Shown piece by piece: positions 62,540 to 64,000 of a stretch of 64,000 nt of DNA. The position numbers and the translations under genes are program-made. Source of the DNA: Haliotis rufescens. Lineage: Eukaryota. The notes beneath the pieces are model-generated. The model was not told where the DNA came from. It made no database searches and saw only the letters and a program-made list of their open reading frames with translations. The stretch covers positions 13,640,001-13,704,000 of the forward strand of contig NW_025964223.1 in assembly GCF_023055435.1 (NCBI RefSeq), given 5' to 3'. Position 1 is the stretch's first letter. Every line of letters begins with the position of its first letter.

Positions 62540-62806
62540 AAGACGAGTCACGTGACGTACCGAGGAGCCCGAATGTCAACAGACGCTTGAGCCAATCAAC
62601 ATCGCGGACTCATTTGATAACCACGTGGTTCCCCCTGCGTGGCGTGATTGACAGCTACGCGTGACTGAGGGTGTTTCAATCCATGCTAAGACCGCCTATG
62701 CATATGCCAAATATATTCAATAGTCAAAATACTTGGTATGAGAGGAAGTGAACGTTAGATTCTTACGTTAAAGCTCCGTGTACTCGTTACATGTCGCTTC
62801 TCAAGA
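62540..62806 (+). promoter_or_regulatory. Putative vgll proximal promoter / 5' UTR
   Basis: CpG-enriched stretch with GTCACGTGAC (62547-56), CCAAT (62592-96), AACCACGTGGTT (62619-30) and TGATTGACAG (62645-54), directly upstream of the ATG. Confidence 0.6.
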
Positions 62807-62884
62807 ATGAGTTGTGTTGATATTATGTACCAGCCATATTCAACGGGATTCCCCTATCAACGGACCTCTTCGGAGGCCGTACAG
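62807..62884 (+). CDS. vgll: Vestigial-like protein (VGLL/vg family), coding exon 1
   Basis: ATG at 62807 gives MSCVDIMYQPYSTGFPYQRTSSEAVQ, resembling the VGLL2/3 N-terminus (MSCxDVMYQ). It ends at a phase-0 donor CAG|GTAAAA (GT at 62885). Confidence 0.88.
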
Positions 62885-63193
62885 GTAAAATATGCCTCAA
62901 AATTGTCACCTGTAATTTTTGCGTTCTTTTTTTGTCATGTTGAAGCCTCTTTGATCCCATGCCTCCTGCATTTCAGTTGTAACCACGTCTTCATTTCAGG
63001 CTAAGCCATGGCATACCTTTGTCTAGTATGAACTCACATTTCTAACACGGTTGCCATGACTTACAATCCAGGCAGTATTGGGCTATGTCTTAGAGTAATT
63101 CAAAGAAAAGCTAGGCCCCAGACCGTCTAACTGTTACCTGTCATTGGAGTATTAAATTATCGAGTACATTGCAACATTTTTGTTATTCTTCAG

Positions 63194-63458
63194 GCATTTA
63201 GCGTTCCCAGGATGCATGAGCCCCTGGATCTTGGGAGCTACACTGCCTCTGCATCAGCATCATCGGCTGTCAAGGAGGAAGATCTAGAGAAGGACTTACA
63301 GCCCAAAGAAACTCATTATTTGAACGCAAACTGTGTATTATTAACTTACTTTACTGGAGATACTTCAACAGTTGTTGACGAACACTTCACTCGAGCTCTC
63401 AATCAGCCGAGCAGTTTCGGCTCAGAAACACACACTCCGAAGAACCTTATTTCTAAAG
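63194..63458 (+). CDS. vgll: Vestigial-like protein, coding exon 2 with TONDU (Vg/Tdu) TEAD-binding domain; gene continues beyond the window
   Basis: Acceptor TTATTCTTCAG|GCA is in frame with exon 1 (AFSVPRMHEP...). Contains ANCVLLTYFTGDTSTVVDEHFTRAL (TONDU core at 63332-63400, VxxHF motif). Donor AAAG|GTAAGT at 63459, phase 1. Confidence 0.93.
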
Positions 63459-64000
63459 GTAAGTTGCATTCTCTTCTATGGACAGGTTGTTATCATTCTC
63501 ATGCCGCTATCAGGAACATTGATCAGGTCTGTCTTCTACTGGTCTGGTTTGTGATTGGTGTGTTGGCTATTCTCATGGACATATTTATGCCCTCTAAAAC
63601 ACTTGCTAGCCTAAACCACATACACAATGTGTCCTGTGTCCTATCTCTCATTGACATTCCAAATGGTAAGGTTTAATGTTAATGTCAAAAATGGATTCTA
63701 TTAGGTTTTCCGATTTCAAAAGCATGTAACATTGGAAATGAATAGCAGTAATCAAGGCAATGCAGCCTATATAGTGTTCGTTTTCATGCATGTAATGTAT
63801 TGTTAGTATCAATAGTGTCAATTGAGATCAAATGTGATGATTACAAAGCCTATGGTGGTCTATTTACGAAATTAACGTAATACACGAGTATAAAAAAATA
63901 GAGGGCAGCGTTACTTTTGGGGACAACAATGATATTTTGTGGGACAATGTTCATATTTCAGTCTGGTGTATCATAATGTGTATAAGATGAATAAATAGAT

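Noticed and set aside
63459-63676. C-terminal hydrophobic extension of the 154-aa ORF
   Set aside because: Lies after a strong GTAAGT donor at 63459; intron read-through.

Overview
AT-rich, repeat-dense animal genomic DNA with two assembly gaps. The SINE families suggest a gastropod mollusc, possibly abalone (inference). The only host gene I can support is at the right end: the first two coding exons of a vestigial-like (VGLL/vg, TONDU domain) TEAD co-activator on the + strand, preceded by a motif-rich promoter. The roughly 62 kb upstream has no recognisable host exons. It contains three short retroelement families sharing one 3' tail (two with tRNA-derived heads, one with a non-tRNA pseudoknot-like head), a fourth SINE family, LINE 3' remnants, Tc1/mariner-type MITEs, a TAG...CTA MITE with 9-10 bp TSDs, four palindromic Penelope-like remnants carrying minimal hammerhead ribozyme cores, several minisatellite arrays (21, 36/180, 50-51 and 30/89 bp) and a few candidate enhancers. 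The most interesting leads are the pseudoknotted head of SINE family C, which shows compensatory base changes between copies, and the hammerhead-bearing palindromes. The long ORFs in the track come from tandem repeats.
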